Part shown: in pieces, positions 23,166 through 35,170 of the stretch | Layout: each line of letters begins with the position of its first letter | Numbering within the stretch: position 1 is the first letter of the stretch | NCBI GenBank assembly: GCA_950097015.1 | Contig: CATNEN010000006.1 | Coordinates: 248,001-312,000, forward strand | Reading direction: 5' to 3' | Origin: Macrostomum hystrix | Taxonomy: Eukaryota > Animalia > Platyhelminthes | Length of the DNA stretch: 64,000 nt | Notes under the pieces: model-generated | Databases searched by the model: none | What the model was told of the DNA's origin: nothing | The model's input: the letters and a program-made list of their open reading frames with translations, nothing else | Made by a program: the position numbers and the translations under genes

Positions 23166-23567
23166 CCCCTATGTGGATAAATTTTGTTATATCGGTTCTC
23201 ATCTAACTTTTCATGAGCTTAGAATTTGTCACCTCTTTACATTTTGTCTCTATCTACCACTATAAGCAGTTTAGGTACACGCATAGTGCGAACCATTTGC
23301 ATCCAGCTTCTGATTCACACAACTGATCTATTTTTAGTTAGCAGAAGTGCATACAAGAGGTTCGCATGATAAAATGCATGATTCTAGGTAAGCTTGGATT
23401 TTCCAACAGCGCCGGGCCGGAATCTGCTTCTTAGAAATATTGCGCAGTTGCCTGCGATTTGACTTCTGCGAGCGTGTGTTAATTTATGAATTGTATTAAC
23501 TGTATAAACTTTTTCAATAAATTTGCAGGAATATTTTAAATAACGATAGTGTCTCGCAGCTGCCCAG

Positions 23568-25636
23568 ATGTCCCTAGCCAGCGTCACCTGGCGCCTGTAC
23601 GTGGCGGCAGGTGCACTGATTCTGATTGGCCTCTGCGCGCTGATTGGCGCAGCCGCTATGCGAGGATTCTGCTACGTCAGCGTCAGCTGGGCCGATCCGG
23701 CTTCGAATGTACAGCAGGCTGCCTGGCAGGTCGGCATCTTCTGGTCACGAGTTCGACTGAAAATCGCCGATGGCAAAGGAATTGAAATTGATGGCAGCGA
23801 AGCCTTGCTCTGTGCGTCCGCAGGGTTGGGTGTGCTGGGTGTCTGGGGTCAGCCAGTCTCCATCTGCATTGTATGATTTGGGGTGCCTCCTAACCATAGA
23901 CAGTTGAATTTAATCTGAGCGTCCAGCAATACATAACTGTTGCACGCTACAAATGTCTATGGCCCAAGCTTATGGGTAGTTTAGCGAGACATCAATATCA
24001 AGTCGTTGCCATAGACATTCAAGCCTTGAGTGGCCATAGACATTCAAGCCTTGAGTTGCCATAGACATTCAAGCCTTGAGTGGCCATAGACATTCAAGCC
24101 TTGAGTGGCCATAGACATTCAAGCCTTGAGTGGCCATAGACATTCAAGCCTTGAGTGGCCATAGACATTCAAGCCTTGAGTGGCCATAGACAATCAAGCC
24201 TTGAGTGGCCATAGACATTCAAGCCTTGAGTGGCCGTTGACTTTTAAGTCTTGGGTAAATTTTTTATGCATTCTCCTAATATTAATTGACACGTATTCGG
24301 ACGTGAATTCACGCTAAAATTGAGCATTTTTAGTAGCCATTGCGACAGGATTATAATCGATTATTTACAATCAGCATCTAAATCAGGGCCGGCTACCAAA
24401 TATAACTCTAGGGCCACAGACGGAATCTTAAAGACGTCAGCGAGACAAACGGACTATGAGAGATTGACGTTAAAGAAGATATTGGACAGTGATGAGATGC
24501 GATTTTAGAGCGATGAGACAGTAGAGAGAATAGACAAGGGAGAGATGAGACAGTGGAGAGATGAGACAGTGGAGAGATGGGACAGTGGAGAGATGGGACA
24601 GTGGAGAGATGGGACAGTGGAGAGATGGGACAGTGGAGAGATGGGACAGTGGAGAGATGGGACAGTGGAGAGATGGGACAGTGGAGAGATGGGACAGTGG
24701 AGAGATGGGACAGTGGAGAGATGGGACAGTGGAGAGATGAGACAGTGGAGAGATAGGACAGTGGAGAGATGAGACAGTGGAGAGATGAGACAGTGGAGAG
24801 ATGAGACAGTGGAGAGATGGGACAGTGGAGAGATGAGACAGTGGAGAGATGGGACAGTGGAGAGATGGGACAGTGGAGAGATGGGACAGTGGAGAGATGG
24901 GACAGTGGAGAGATGGGACAGTGGAGAGATGGGACAGTGGAGAGATGAGACAGTGGAGAGATGGGACAGTGGAGAGATGAGACAGTGGAGAGATGGGACA
25001 GTGGAGAGATGGGACAGTGGAGAGATGGGACAGTGGAGAGATGGGACAGTGGAGAGATGAGACAGTAGAGAGATGGGACAGTGGAGAGATGGGGCAGTAG
25101 AGACATTGCAACTTTCTCTGCTTTCAGCTAATCCGGAGTGGCGCTCCGCAGCCGCCTTTCTGGCTGCTGGTCTCGCCAGCTCGGCCGCCAGCCTTGTCAC
25201 TCACGCTGTCATCGTGGTCTCATCCGCCAGGTCCCCGTTAGTGCCGGCGGTTGCAGCCGAGGTCGCTTTTCTGGCGGGCTCACTGGTTGCGCAGATCATC
25301 TGCTTGGCCTGTGGGGAGGTTGGCGCTGACCGGCTGCCAGCCGAGCCGCATCTTCTGTCAGCGTCAATAGTCGGCTTTGTCGTGCCGCCGGGTCCGCGAA
25401 GCGCAACGGCAACTGTCGCTGAGCGGGGTCCGGCCTTCTGGCTGCTGGTGTCAGCCAGCTTCGCGCACCTCGCCGGCTTGCTGTGCGAGATACCACGCGC
25501 CTGGCTGCTGACTGAGCAGCGGCTGGCCGAGTGGCGCGGCTGCCACGGCGGAGGCGGCGCTCGAGCGGGCCAGATGCCAGCTGTGGTGGAGAGCGGCCGT
25601 TGCTACCCGATGCGCAGCCTCGCAACGAATGTTTAG
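23568..25636 (+). CDS. Divergent four-TM protein, possibly claudin/PMP22-like
   Basis: Exon 1 starts at 23568 with TM1 then a loop containing WQVGIFW (resembling the W-GLW claudin-superfamily signature). The donor is uncertain: candidates after 23829, 23838 or 23847, all phase 1. Exon 2 25128-25636 follows ctttcag and has three hydrophobic segments. Confidence 0.55.
24006..24235. repeat. Minisatellite, 25-nt unit GCCATAGACATTCAAGCCTTGAGTG, about 9 copies
   Basis: Directly visible period of 25. Confidence 0.95.
24525..25100. repeat. Minisatellite, 16-nt unit GGAGAGATG(G/A)GACAGT
   Basis: Directly visible; intronic and ends just upstream of the acceptor at 25127. Confidence 0.95.
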
Positions 25637-26591
25637 ACTGTCTGGAGGTCGGGAGCTCGACTCAGCCAAACGGAAGCCGCCTTGATATTTGATTTCAAAA
25701 GCTGTCTCTAAACAAAACTCCACCAGCTATTGCGCTGCTTTTCCTAAGACTATGTACAGCTGCAGGTTCAGTCCATGGACTGGCGGGGGTGACTTCCATG
25801 CCATTGAAATGGCAGGAAATTATAAATTGACAAGCATTCACTCCATAAAATCATTTGATCTACAAATCTGCAAATTCTTATACGAGTATATTAGTGTTTA
25901 AAATCACAAAATCACAATCGTTGAAAATTTCAATTTATAAAAGTGCAATTCGAACTTCACAACCTTAAACCAGACATTAAGAGCTCAAATGATTAATTTA
26001 TTATGTGATTCGTAAATGTTAGATAAAAGACAGTTCCGTTTCTTGAAACAGATTTTCACAGTTTTTTAGCTGAAGCTTGTTCATCTACCTATTTCAGTTG
26101 CGGTCAAAGAGTGCTTATGAAAGAAGAATTTTTCTAATTCATTGGCTTAAAAGTAAATAAATTGAAAAATAATTCTGCGCCTTATCAATTTGATGCTTTG
26201 TGCTTTTAATATGAAATACTTTTTTTCCCGAAATTCAATGTAATCCCAGCTCACAAACAGATGCAAAAGGTACAGCTTAAAATTCTGAGAATGTTTTAGC
26301 TTTCTAATTAATTATTGGACATCGCTTGACCGAAACGAAAAACTAAAACGATAAGTCCCCCTTCCCCTGCATAGCCAAGTCTGCCAAGATACTAGCCAAT
26401 CAGAGACAAGCATCGGACAGTACAGAGTGCCAGGCAAATAATTTATTGCCAAATTTCGCAACAATCTAAAATTGAGAATCTACAACTTGTATTCTCCCAG
26501 GTGAGTGCCAATCATGCTCTGTCAATATCAGTCGTAATTGGCATGAATTTTAGGTGCTAAGTTTCACACAGTTTCTTATTTACATTTTAGC

Positions 26592-28386
26592 ATGGACTCA
26601 TCTCAACTAGCAGACAACTCGAGAATGAGCAACAGTTCGGAGACGGAGGAGATCTGCATCAAGGAATACTCTGAGACGTATGCTCACGATAGCTGGCTGC
26701 CTGATGCGGCCCCCTACATCTACCTGAGCTTTGCCATTCTGGGCATCGGCCTCAACGGCATTGTGGTCTGGTTGCTATGCGGCCGCCACATGCACATGAG
26801 CCGAAACCCGCGCCTCCTGGTCATCAACCAGTCGGTCATTGACCTAGCCACCTGCGTTGTGACTGCGGTCAAATGGACGACCGTGCGCTTGCCAACCCGA
26901 GTGCCTGAAAACGTATTGGGCAGCATCGCGTGCCACCTGTGGTACAGCCAGAGCGCCGTGTGGATACTGGTCAATGCCAGTACAGTATGTCCGTTGCAAT
27001 TGCTGTTCCCTTATCCGGTTCCCTTATCCGGTTCCCTTATCCGGTTCCCTTATCCGGTTCCCTTATCCGGTTCCCTTATCCGGTTCCCTTATCCGGTTCC
27101 CTTATCCGGTTCCCTTATCCGGTTCCCTTATCCGGTTCCCTTATCCGGTTCCCTTATCCGGTTCCCTTATCCGGTTCCCTTATCCGGTTCCCTTATCCGG
27201 TTCCCTTATCCGGTTCCCTTATCCGGTTCCCTTATCCGGTTCCCTTATCCGGTTCCCTTATCCGGTTCCCTTATCCGGTTCCCTTATCCGGTTCCCTTAT
27301 CCGGTTCCCTTATCCGGTTCCCTTATCCGGTTCCCTTATCCGGTTCCCTTATCCGGTTCCCTTATCCGGTTCCCTTATCCGGTTCCCTTATCCGGTTCCC
27401 TTATCCGGTTCTCTTATCCGGTTCCCTTATCCGGTTCTCTTATCCGGTTCTCTTATCCGGTTCCCTTATCCGGTTCTCTTATCCGGTTCCCTTATCCGGT
27501 TCCCTTATCCGGTTCCCTTATCCGGTTCCCTTATCCGGTTCCCTTATCCGGTTCCCTTATCCGGTTCCCTTATCCGGTTCCCTTATCCGGTTCCCTTATC
27601 CGGTTCCCTTATCCGGTTCCCTTATCCGGTTCCCTTATCCGGTTCTTCTTCCAGTTCAACCTGCAGTTGATCACGCTGGAGCGGTTCATGGCCATTGTGA
27701 GGCCAATGTTCCGCCGGCAGCTGTGGAAAATCCGCCTCGCCTGCTGCCTGGCATGGTTGCTGGGCCTCGCGCACCAGTGGCGCGGCCTGGCCGACTTTCG
27801 TCGAGGCCAACCGGACGGCCCGACCGCCGGCTGCTGCGTCCTGTCCGGCCTGGTGCCCGCACAGCTGGCCTTCGCCTACGGCCTGCTCAACTACGCCGTG
27901 AAGTTCGCGTTTCCGCTGCTGAACATGACCGTCTGTTACACCTGGATGATTGTTGAACTCCGGCGAAAGTTCAAGTTCACCGCCCAGCAGCCGCAGCAGC
28001 AGCTGGCCTGCAGGAAGTTGACCGCCTCGCGCGTCCTCATCAAGACATTCACCATCGCTGGCGTCGCCTACGTGCTCTGCTTTGTCGCCAACCAGACCAA
28101 CTTTCTGTTCATCGCGTTCGGCATCATCAGAAATAATTTTCAAACCTTCTTCTACAATGTCACTATCTTCTTGGTCAACCTGAACTCCTTGGTGAATCCG
28201 ATCATCTACTTCGCATTAATGCCGAAATTCCGGCGGGCCCTAGTTGAAGCTGCCTACCTCTGCTGCTGCTACTGCTGCTGCCGCGGTCGCAGCGGCTGCG
28301 TCGGCGGCGGTGGCGACGGTGCCACCAGCGGCATCGGCGGCTATTCGACTGGCAGCGAAGACTGGGCGGCCAGAAACAACAAATAA
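26592..28386 (+). CDS. Class A (rhodopsin-like) GPCR, peptide-receptor-like (374 aa)
   Basis: Exon 1 26592-26984 and exon 2 27655-28386, phase 0, joining as NAST|FNLQLITLERF. TM1 GIGLNGIV, TM2 NQSVIDL, ERF (DRY equivalent), TM7 NSLVNPIIY, and a Cys-rich C-tail. Confidence 0.93.
27003..27645. repeat. Minisatellite, 13-nt unit CCCTTATCCGGTT, about 49 copies, filling the GPCR intron
   Basis: Directly visible and near-homogeneous. Confidence 0.97.
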
Positions 28387-28404
28387 CGACCGTCTGTGGC
28401 ATGA

Positions 28405-28462
28405 GCTGAAGGAGCTGAAGGAGCTGAAGGAGCTGAAGGAACTGAAGGAACTGAAGGAACTG
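28405..28462. repeat. 9-nt tandem repeat CTGAAGGA(G/A) in the GPCR 3' flank
   Basis: Directly visible. Confidence 0.9.
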
Positions 28463-28689
28463 ACTTGTCGGTCTGTGTTTACAGCACACCACTATTTAGC
28501 AAGTTGTGCACTGATGGACAGTTTATTGTTGTAAATTATCAAACAACCTCTGTGTTATAAGAGAAATACACCCATTTCACTACTAACAGTAATTTATTAG
28601 TGAACTAAACAATGCTATCATAGAAAGGATCATTGCGTTGGTCTGCTTCATTATCGATGTCCATAAAAACCGTATAATAAACAATTATT

Positions 28690-28875
28690 GCAGGCACTGG
28701 CACATCATTTGGCCCCTGACTTTCTCATCGTCAGGTAGTGTACACTCTCACTGTGCCTTGGAGTTTGGCCCTCTCTCCGCGGCTGCGCCCCAGACGAATG
28801 TGGCCTCGCCGCGGAATCGAACTTAGGTAACTTGGCGCGATAGGCAAACGTTAGACCGTTCTGCCACTCATCCCC
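28690..28875 (-). mobile_element. SINE family A, internally deleted
   Basis: Head (GGCCTCGCCGCGGAATCGAACTTAGG...CTGCCACTC) plus the CTGACTTTCTCATCGTCAGG body motif. Confidence 0.75.
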
Positions 28876-29713
28876 TAAAAACCCACAAGGGGTTTAATAA
28901 CTTTGTCAGAAATCAATTGCAAGAATTTAGCACGTGTGATAAAAACATTTGTATTAAAAAAATTGCGAATTGCGAGTACTTTTAAACAAGTTTATTTCGT
29001 TTGGTAGTTTTAGTTGAAAGCAGTTTTTTATGTGTTCGCATCGGGACCCAGTAAAATCAAAGCAATATGTTACGCGCTAACCTGTTTTGACAAATATAAG
29101 AGCTTCCACTTCAAACAATACAAATGGAATTAAGATAGCTTAGTTAAACACGAAATTTGACGGCTTTTCTGCTTACGCATTAATTAATTGTTTAGATTTT
29201 TAGGCTCATTTTGTAAAATTTAGTGACAATATCCACTTAACCTGCTGAAAGTAGCTATGTACTCGTACATTATCCTACGGCTGGCTAGCGCTAACAGTAG
29301 AAAAACAACGCTATTTTTAAACTGGGAAATTTAAAATACCCGCTGCCTACCTCACGACAGCCCCAAATCCGACTGACCGATATTCGTAAAAGTCCACCAT
29401 TTAAATAAAACTTATCCGCCCTTTACGATGGCCTAATTTCAAAGCCGTTGCTCTGTATGAACCTGTTTGGTGAATCCGTATTGGTTTAGCAATGCATAAG
29501 TTAACTATTTAATCAATAAAATAGAATCAGCAATAATAGCCCTAATTATTACGAGCTACATGCTGAAGCCGATGTGTTTTGTGATTCTGGAAGGTGTCTC
29601 ATCCAGAACCTGCAGGGTTCTGCATTTTCATGGCGATTTGTTGAATGTTTTGGGAGATGCAGAAAAAAAAGGTGGTTATTAGAAATACCACCTGTCTTTA
29701 ACTGTTAACTGGC

Positions 29714-30319
29714 TCACGCGCAGTCGTCCAGCTCCAGTTGGCCTCCAGTCTCGTCGACAAACTCGGCTTCTCCATTCGGCGCGGCGGCGGTCGCGGCCTT
29801 GCTTTTCCTCCCGGCAATGCTGTCGGGGTCGGACGCGTCGTCGTCGTAGTCGTCGACATCGTCAGCGGCCGCGATCCGCCAGCTGAGGCGCACGGCGGTG
29901 ACGCAGTTGTAAATGTGAACGCAAGCTGCCGCAGCCAGTGCCGCATTCGCGGCCGCAAAGCCGGTCAGAACGGCCACGCAGGCCGCATCTGAGAGGGCCG
30001 GCTGCAGTCGTCTAGCAGCTGAGGCGTACAACAGCAGGCCGACCGCCGCAACTTGAGCGCAGGCGGCGGAGCCTGCTGTGAAGACTCGCAGCCACAGAAG
30101 GCGGGTCAGGGTGGACGGAGCTGCGGTGCACTGGGCAGAGCACAGCAGGGCCACGGACGTCAGGCACAATGCAGCGCCAACAGCCGAGACAATCACCGAG
30201 GGCAGTTCCTCAGCCAAGCTGATGGTCAGCCATGCTAGCGGTGCGACAGTGGCGCACAGCGAGATCTGCACGGCTGCGAAGCAGAACCAGAAGCGGCGCT
30301 CAGCGGCGGTGGCAGGCAT
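29714..30319 (-). CDS. Intronless four-TM membrane protein with acidic C-tail (201 aa), family unknown
   Basis: GC-rich ORF in AT-rich flanks, four hydrophobic stretches, DDVDDYDDD tail. No family motif recognised. Confidence 0.55.
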   Translation of the reverse strand: MPATAAERRFWFCFAAVQISLCATVAPLAWLTISLAEELPSVIVSAVGAALCLTSVALLCSAQCTAAPSTLTRLLWLRVFTAGSAACAQVAAVGLLLYASAARRLQPALSDAACVAVLTGFAAANAALAAAACVHIYNCVTAVRLSWRIAAADDVDDYDDDASDPDSIAGRKSKAATAAAPNGEAEFVDETGGQLELDDCA

Positions 30320-30667
30320 TTGTAGGCAGATTTCTAGGAATAAAGATTTCGATAGTCCACTTCGGCTAAGGTTTCTATTTTGACTGCGAGACTTAAAAAT
30401 TTTTGCTTTTGGGTTAAACTGCGATAAGACGCCTTGTTCTGTACGTTAACTGTACTGTTGTACTCGTACAATACATTTTCATTATTTTCTTAGCCGGCCA
30501 ATCTGTCTAGATAGCCTTACACAACTCCTAGCTCAAGTCCTTTGAGATTTCACCCCCTTGCACTTCTTTAAGGCTTTAAAACTTGGCACTACTCGTAAAA
30601 ATGTGCTTTTTCACCTGCAACGGTACAGGTAGAAGGGTCAAGTTTCATTTCAATCTGCATTTGCATC

Positions 30668-32548
30668 TATCGAGCACTCTCTTGGCACTCCATCCAGCAC
30701 TCTCTTGGCACTCCATCGAGCACTCTCTTGGCACTCCATCGAGCACTCTCTTGGCACTCCATCCAGCACTCTCTTGGCACTCCATCGAGCACTCTCTTGG
30801 CACTCCATCGAGCACTCTCTTGGCACTCCATCGAGTCTCTTGGCACTCCATCGAGTCTCTTGGCACTCCATCCAGCACTCTCTTGGCACTCCATCGAGCA
30901 CTCTCTTGGCACTCCATCGAGTCTCTTGGCACTCCACTGGTCACTCTCTTGGCACTCCATCGAGTCTCAATTGGCACTCCATCGAGTCTCTTGGCACTCC
31001 CTCCAGCACTCTCTTGGCACTCCATCGAGCACTCTCTTGGCACTCCATCGAGTCTCTTGGCACTCCACTGGTCACTCTCTTGGCACTCCATCGAGCAATC
31101 TCTTGGCACTCCATTGAGCTCTCTCTTGGCACTCCACTGGTCACTCTCTTGGCACTCCATTGAGCTCTCTCTTGGCACTCCATCGAGCTCTCTCTTGGCA
31201 CTCCATCGATCACTCTGACTCTCCATCGAGCACTCTGACTCTCCATCGAGCACTTTGAATCTCCATAGAGCACTCTGACACTCCATCGAGCACTTTATGA
31301 CACTACATCGAGCACTTTATGACACTACATCGAGCACTCTCTTGGCACTCCATCGAGCACTCTATGACACTCCATCGAGCACTCTCTTGGCACTCCATCG
31401 AGCACTTTATGACACTCCATCGAGCACTTTATGACACTACATCGAGCACTCTCTTGGCACTCCATCGAGCACTCTATGACACTCCATCGAGCACTCTATG
31501 ACACTCCATCGAGCACTTTATGACACTACATCGAGCACTCTCTTGGCACTCCATCGAGCTCTCTCTTGGCACTCCATCGATCACTCTGACTCTCCTTCGA
31601 GCACTCTGACTCTCCATCGAGCACTCTGACACTTCATCGATCACTCTGAATCTCCATAGAGCACTCTATGACACTCCATCGAGCACTCTCTTGGCACTCC
31701 ATCGAGCACTTTATGACACTCCATCGAGCACTCTCTTGGCACTCCATCGAGCACTCTCTTGGCACTCCATCGAGCACTTTATGACACTCCATCGAGCACT
31801 CTCTTGGCACTCCATCGAGCACTTTATGACACTCCATCGAGCACTCTATGACACTCCATCGAGCACTCTCTTGGCACTCCATCGAGCACTCTCTTGGCAC
31901 TCCATCGAGTCTCTTGGCACTCCATCGAGTCTCTTGGCACTCCATCCAGCACTCTCTTGGCACTCCATCGAGCACTCTCTTGGCACTCCATCGAGTCTCT
32001 TGGCACTCCACTGGTCACTCTCTTGGCACTCCATCGAGTCTCAATTGGCACTCCATCGAGTCTCTTGGCACTCCCTCCAGCACTCTCTTGGCACTCCATC
32101 GAGCACTCTCTTGGCACTCCATCGAGTCTCTTGGCACTCCACTGGTCACTCTCTTGGCACTCCATCGAGCAATCTCTTGGCACTCCACTGGTCACTCTCT
32201 TGGCACTCCATTGAGCTCTCTCTTGGCACTCCATCGAGCACTCTATGACACTCCATCGAGCACTTTATGACACTACATCGAGCACTTTATGACACTACAT
32301 CGAGCACTCTCTTGGCACTCCATCGAGCACTCTATGACACTCCATCGAGCACTCTCTTGGCACTCCATCGAGCACTTTATGACACTCCATCGAGCACTCT
32401 CTTGGCACTCCATCGAGCACTCTCTTGGCACTCCATCGAGCACTTTATGACACTCCATCGAGCACTCTCTTGGCACTCCATCGAGCACTTTATGACACTC
32501 CATCGAGCACTCTCTTGGCACTCCATCGAGCACTTTATGACACTCCAA
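30668..32548. repeat. Minisatellite, 23-nt unit CTCTCTTGGCACTCCATCGAGCA, with shorter CTATGACACTCCATCGAGCA-type variants
   Basis: Directly visible; higher-order duplications are present. Confidence 0.95.
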
Positions 32549-32869
32549 CGCGCACTCTGACACCTTATCCAGAACTCTCTCGGCTCAAAGTCGACAATGC
32601 AAAAATTCCGCTACAAGCCAACCCTTATGATTTTAATCTGCGTCAGTTAAAATTATTTAAGCGATTTATTTGATTCGCGTCACACTTGAAGACAATGCAG
32701 ATTCGCGTTAGTCAGAGGAAATCAGATGTGTGATCAAACGGATGTTGTCTGCAGCTTCTGTCAACACAGTTTCCGTCAATTTAAAATGAATCATCGCCAC
32801 TCGAGGGAGATCAGGGCGGGGGGAAGCGGGGCCGCAGCTGTCTTCTATCGTCATCTCCCGGATCAGGTC

Positions 32870-35170
32870 TCAGGGCAGGACGTCGCTGCTCCGCTTCCGT
32901 CGACCACTAAACATAAAAAAATAAGGATCGAATGCATTGCTACGAACAATATTTAATGTCAGACGAAATAATTCGAGCATTGAACTAAGAGCTAAGTTCA
33001 CCTGGCGTTCAGATCGATGCCGTACTGACCGCCTCCGGTTCCCATGCCGCCCAGCGAGGCCAGAAGGTCGGCGATGCGATGGTCGGAGCTCAGGCGCTTC
33101 ACGGCTCTGCGGGCAAACATTCGGTCACTCTCTTGGCACTCCATCGGTCACTCTCTTGGCACTCCATCGGTCACTCTCTTGGCACTCCATCGGTCACTCT
33201 CTTGGCACTCCATCGGTCACTCTCTTGGCACTCCATCGGTCACTCTCTTGGTACTCCATCGGTCACTCTCTTGGCACTCCATCGGTCACTCTCTTGGCAC
33301 TCCACCGGTCACTTTCTTGGCACTCCATCGGTCACTCTCTTGGCACTGCATCGGTCACTCTCTTGGCACTCCATCGGTCACTCTCTTGGCACTCCATCGG
33401 TCACTCTCTTGGCACTCCATCGGTCACTCTCTTGGCACTCCATCGATCACTCTGACACTCCACCGGTCACTCTCTTGGCACTCCATTGGTCACTCTCTTG
33501 GCACTACATCGGTCACTCTCTTGGCACTCCATCGGTCACTCTTTTGGCACTACATCGGTCACTCTCTTGGTACTCCATCGGTCACTCTCTTGGCACTCCA
33601 TCGATCACTCTGACACTCCACCGGTCACTATCTTGGCACTCCATTGGTCACTCTCTTGGCACTACATCGGTCACTCTCTTGGCACTCCACCGGTCACTCT
33701 CTTGGCACTCCACCGGTCACTCTCTTGGCACTCCATTGGTCACTCTCTTGGCACTACATCGGTCACTCTCTTGGCACTCCATCGGTCACTCTTTTGGCAC
33801 TACATCGGTCACTCTCTTGGTACTCCATCGGTCACTCTCTTGGCACTCCATCGATCACTCTGACACTCCACCGGTCACTATCTTGGCACTCCATTGGTCA
33901 CTCTCTTGGCACTACATCGGTCACTCTCTTGGCGCTACATCGGTCACTCTGTTGGCACTCCATCGGTCACTCTCTTGGCACTCCACCGGTCACTCTCTTG
34001 GCACTCCACCGGTCACTCTCTTGGCACTCCACCGGTCACTCTCTTGGCACTCCACCGGTCACTCTCTTGGCACTCCACCGGTCACTCTCTTCGCACTACA
34101 TCGGTCACTCTCTTGGCTCCTATATCCGGGCCGTTGCCCCTTCCAGCAGCTATAGTTTCCTGTCTCATTTCTCCTGTGTCTCATCTCTCCCCTGTCTCAT
34201 CTCTCCTATTTTTCATATTGCTACAGGCAATGCGGCCCGCTGTCGTCTTTTACGCTCGTAGATTCTCTCCGTGGCCAGCCCGATAACAGGTTTGCCGACC
34301 CTGAGCTACTGGAATTACAATATTATTGTTAGATGCTGCAGCGAAGCAATTGCTTACAAAACTGCTGATAGAAAATCTTTTATCTTATCTTCTGATTTTC
34401 TCAATGAAAACCTGTGTGCTGTGCCAATGGTGCAGTTTTAAAAGGGAGCTATACATGTAGGTAGTGATTGACTGGTTTCTCAGAAACGCCCCCCCTTTTG
34501 TGACCCCAAGGATTATCTAGGCTTAGCTGGACTCAGCTAATGAAGTCCAGTGCTATCCACTGAGCTATTGAAAAGCTTCTAGTAGACTCTTGGGATGATT
34601 GAAAAAAAATAGCCAATGGTTTAATGCCAAATATTTCGAGGGCTTCTTGCGATAGCCTTCAGCTTGGCAAAAAGACGATAACGAAAAAAGAAAAACTAGA
34701 ATTCTCTGATTGAGGAAAATTGCGGAAGGCAGCATCAATATTTCGTCAATGCTGACAATTTTCAGTCAGTTCTGCGTTGGTCCTAAATGAATTCTGAAGT
34801 GGCGGGCGTAGCGTCACTCTTGAAACCACTGGGATTGTGTTTGCTTGAGCAGTGAGGTGAAAAAAAGGAAAAAATCTAGTGTTTGCTTAGCAATCCATCT
34901 ATTCAAACAATGGTCTCTGGTAAACATACAATAGATTCAGTCACTCGATGCCAGCCATATCGTTCCGTAATAAATGTCAGTATTGGTATTTACTACTTGA
35001 AGTATCATACCTGTTGCGTGTGTAGTTTAAGGACTGCATCAATCGATTCTATTGTGAAGCTAAAAATGTTCTTACCTGAAATCCTCGAATTCCTCATTGT
35101 TGGCCGGTGCAGCGAAGGTAGAGCCAAGCAGCAAGGAGGCTGCTAGTAGGACCAGTGCCAGCTTCATCAT
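32870..35170 (-). CDS. Neuropeptide precursor 1 (78 aa); predicted mature peptide LSSDHRIADLLASLGGMGTGGGQYGIDLNAS-amide
   Basis: Exons 35170-35076 (signal peptide MMKLALVLLAASLLLGSTFA; donor GTAAGA), 33106-33002 (105 nt; donor GTGAAC) and 32906-32870, with phase-2 joins. KR precedes the peptide and G-RRKR follows it. Independently supported by the paralog at 38422-39111. Confidence 0.88.
33121..34113. repeat. Minisatellite, 23-nt unit GGTCACTCTCTTGGCACTCCATC (same family as 30668-32548), in intron 1 of neuropeptide gene 1
   Basis: Directly visible. Confidence 0.95.
34113..34303 (+). mobile_element. Left-truncated copy of the same hAT MITE
   Basis: Colinear with 7960-8315 (TCCGGGCCGTTGCCCCTT, CTCATCTCTCC repeats, AATGCGGCCCGCTG.CGTCTTTTA) and ends in the TIR GGTTTGCCGACCCTG. 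No left TIR is present. Confidence 0.8.

Noticed and set aside
28244-28534. ORF with (ELK)n repeat overlapping the GPCR end
   Set aside because: Produced by the 9-nt tandem repeat in the 3' flank; out of frame with the GPCR and has no support.
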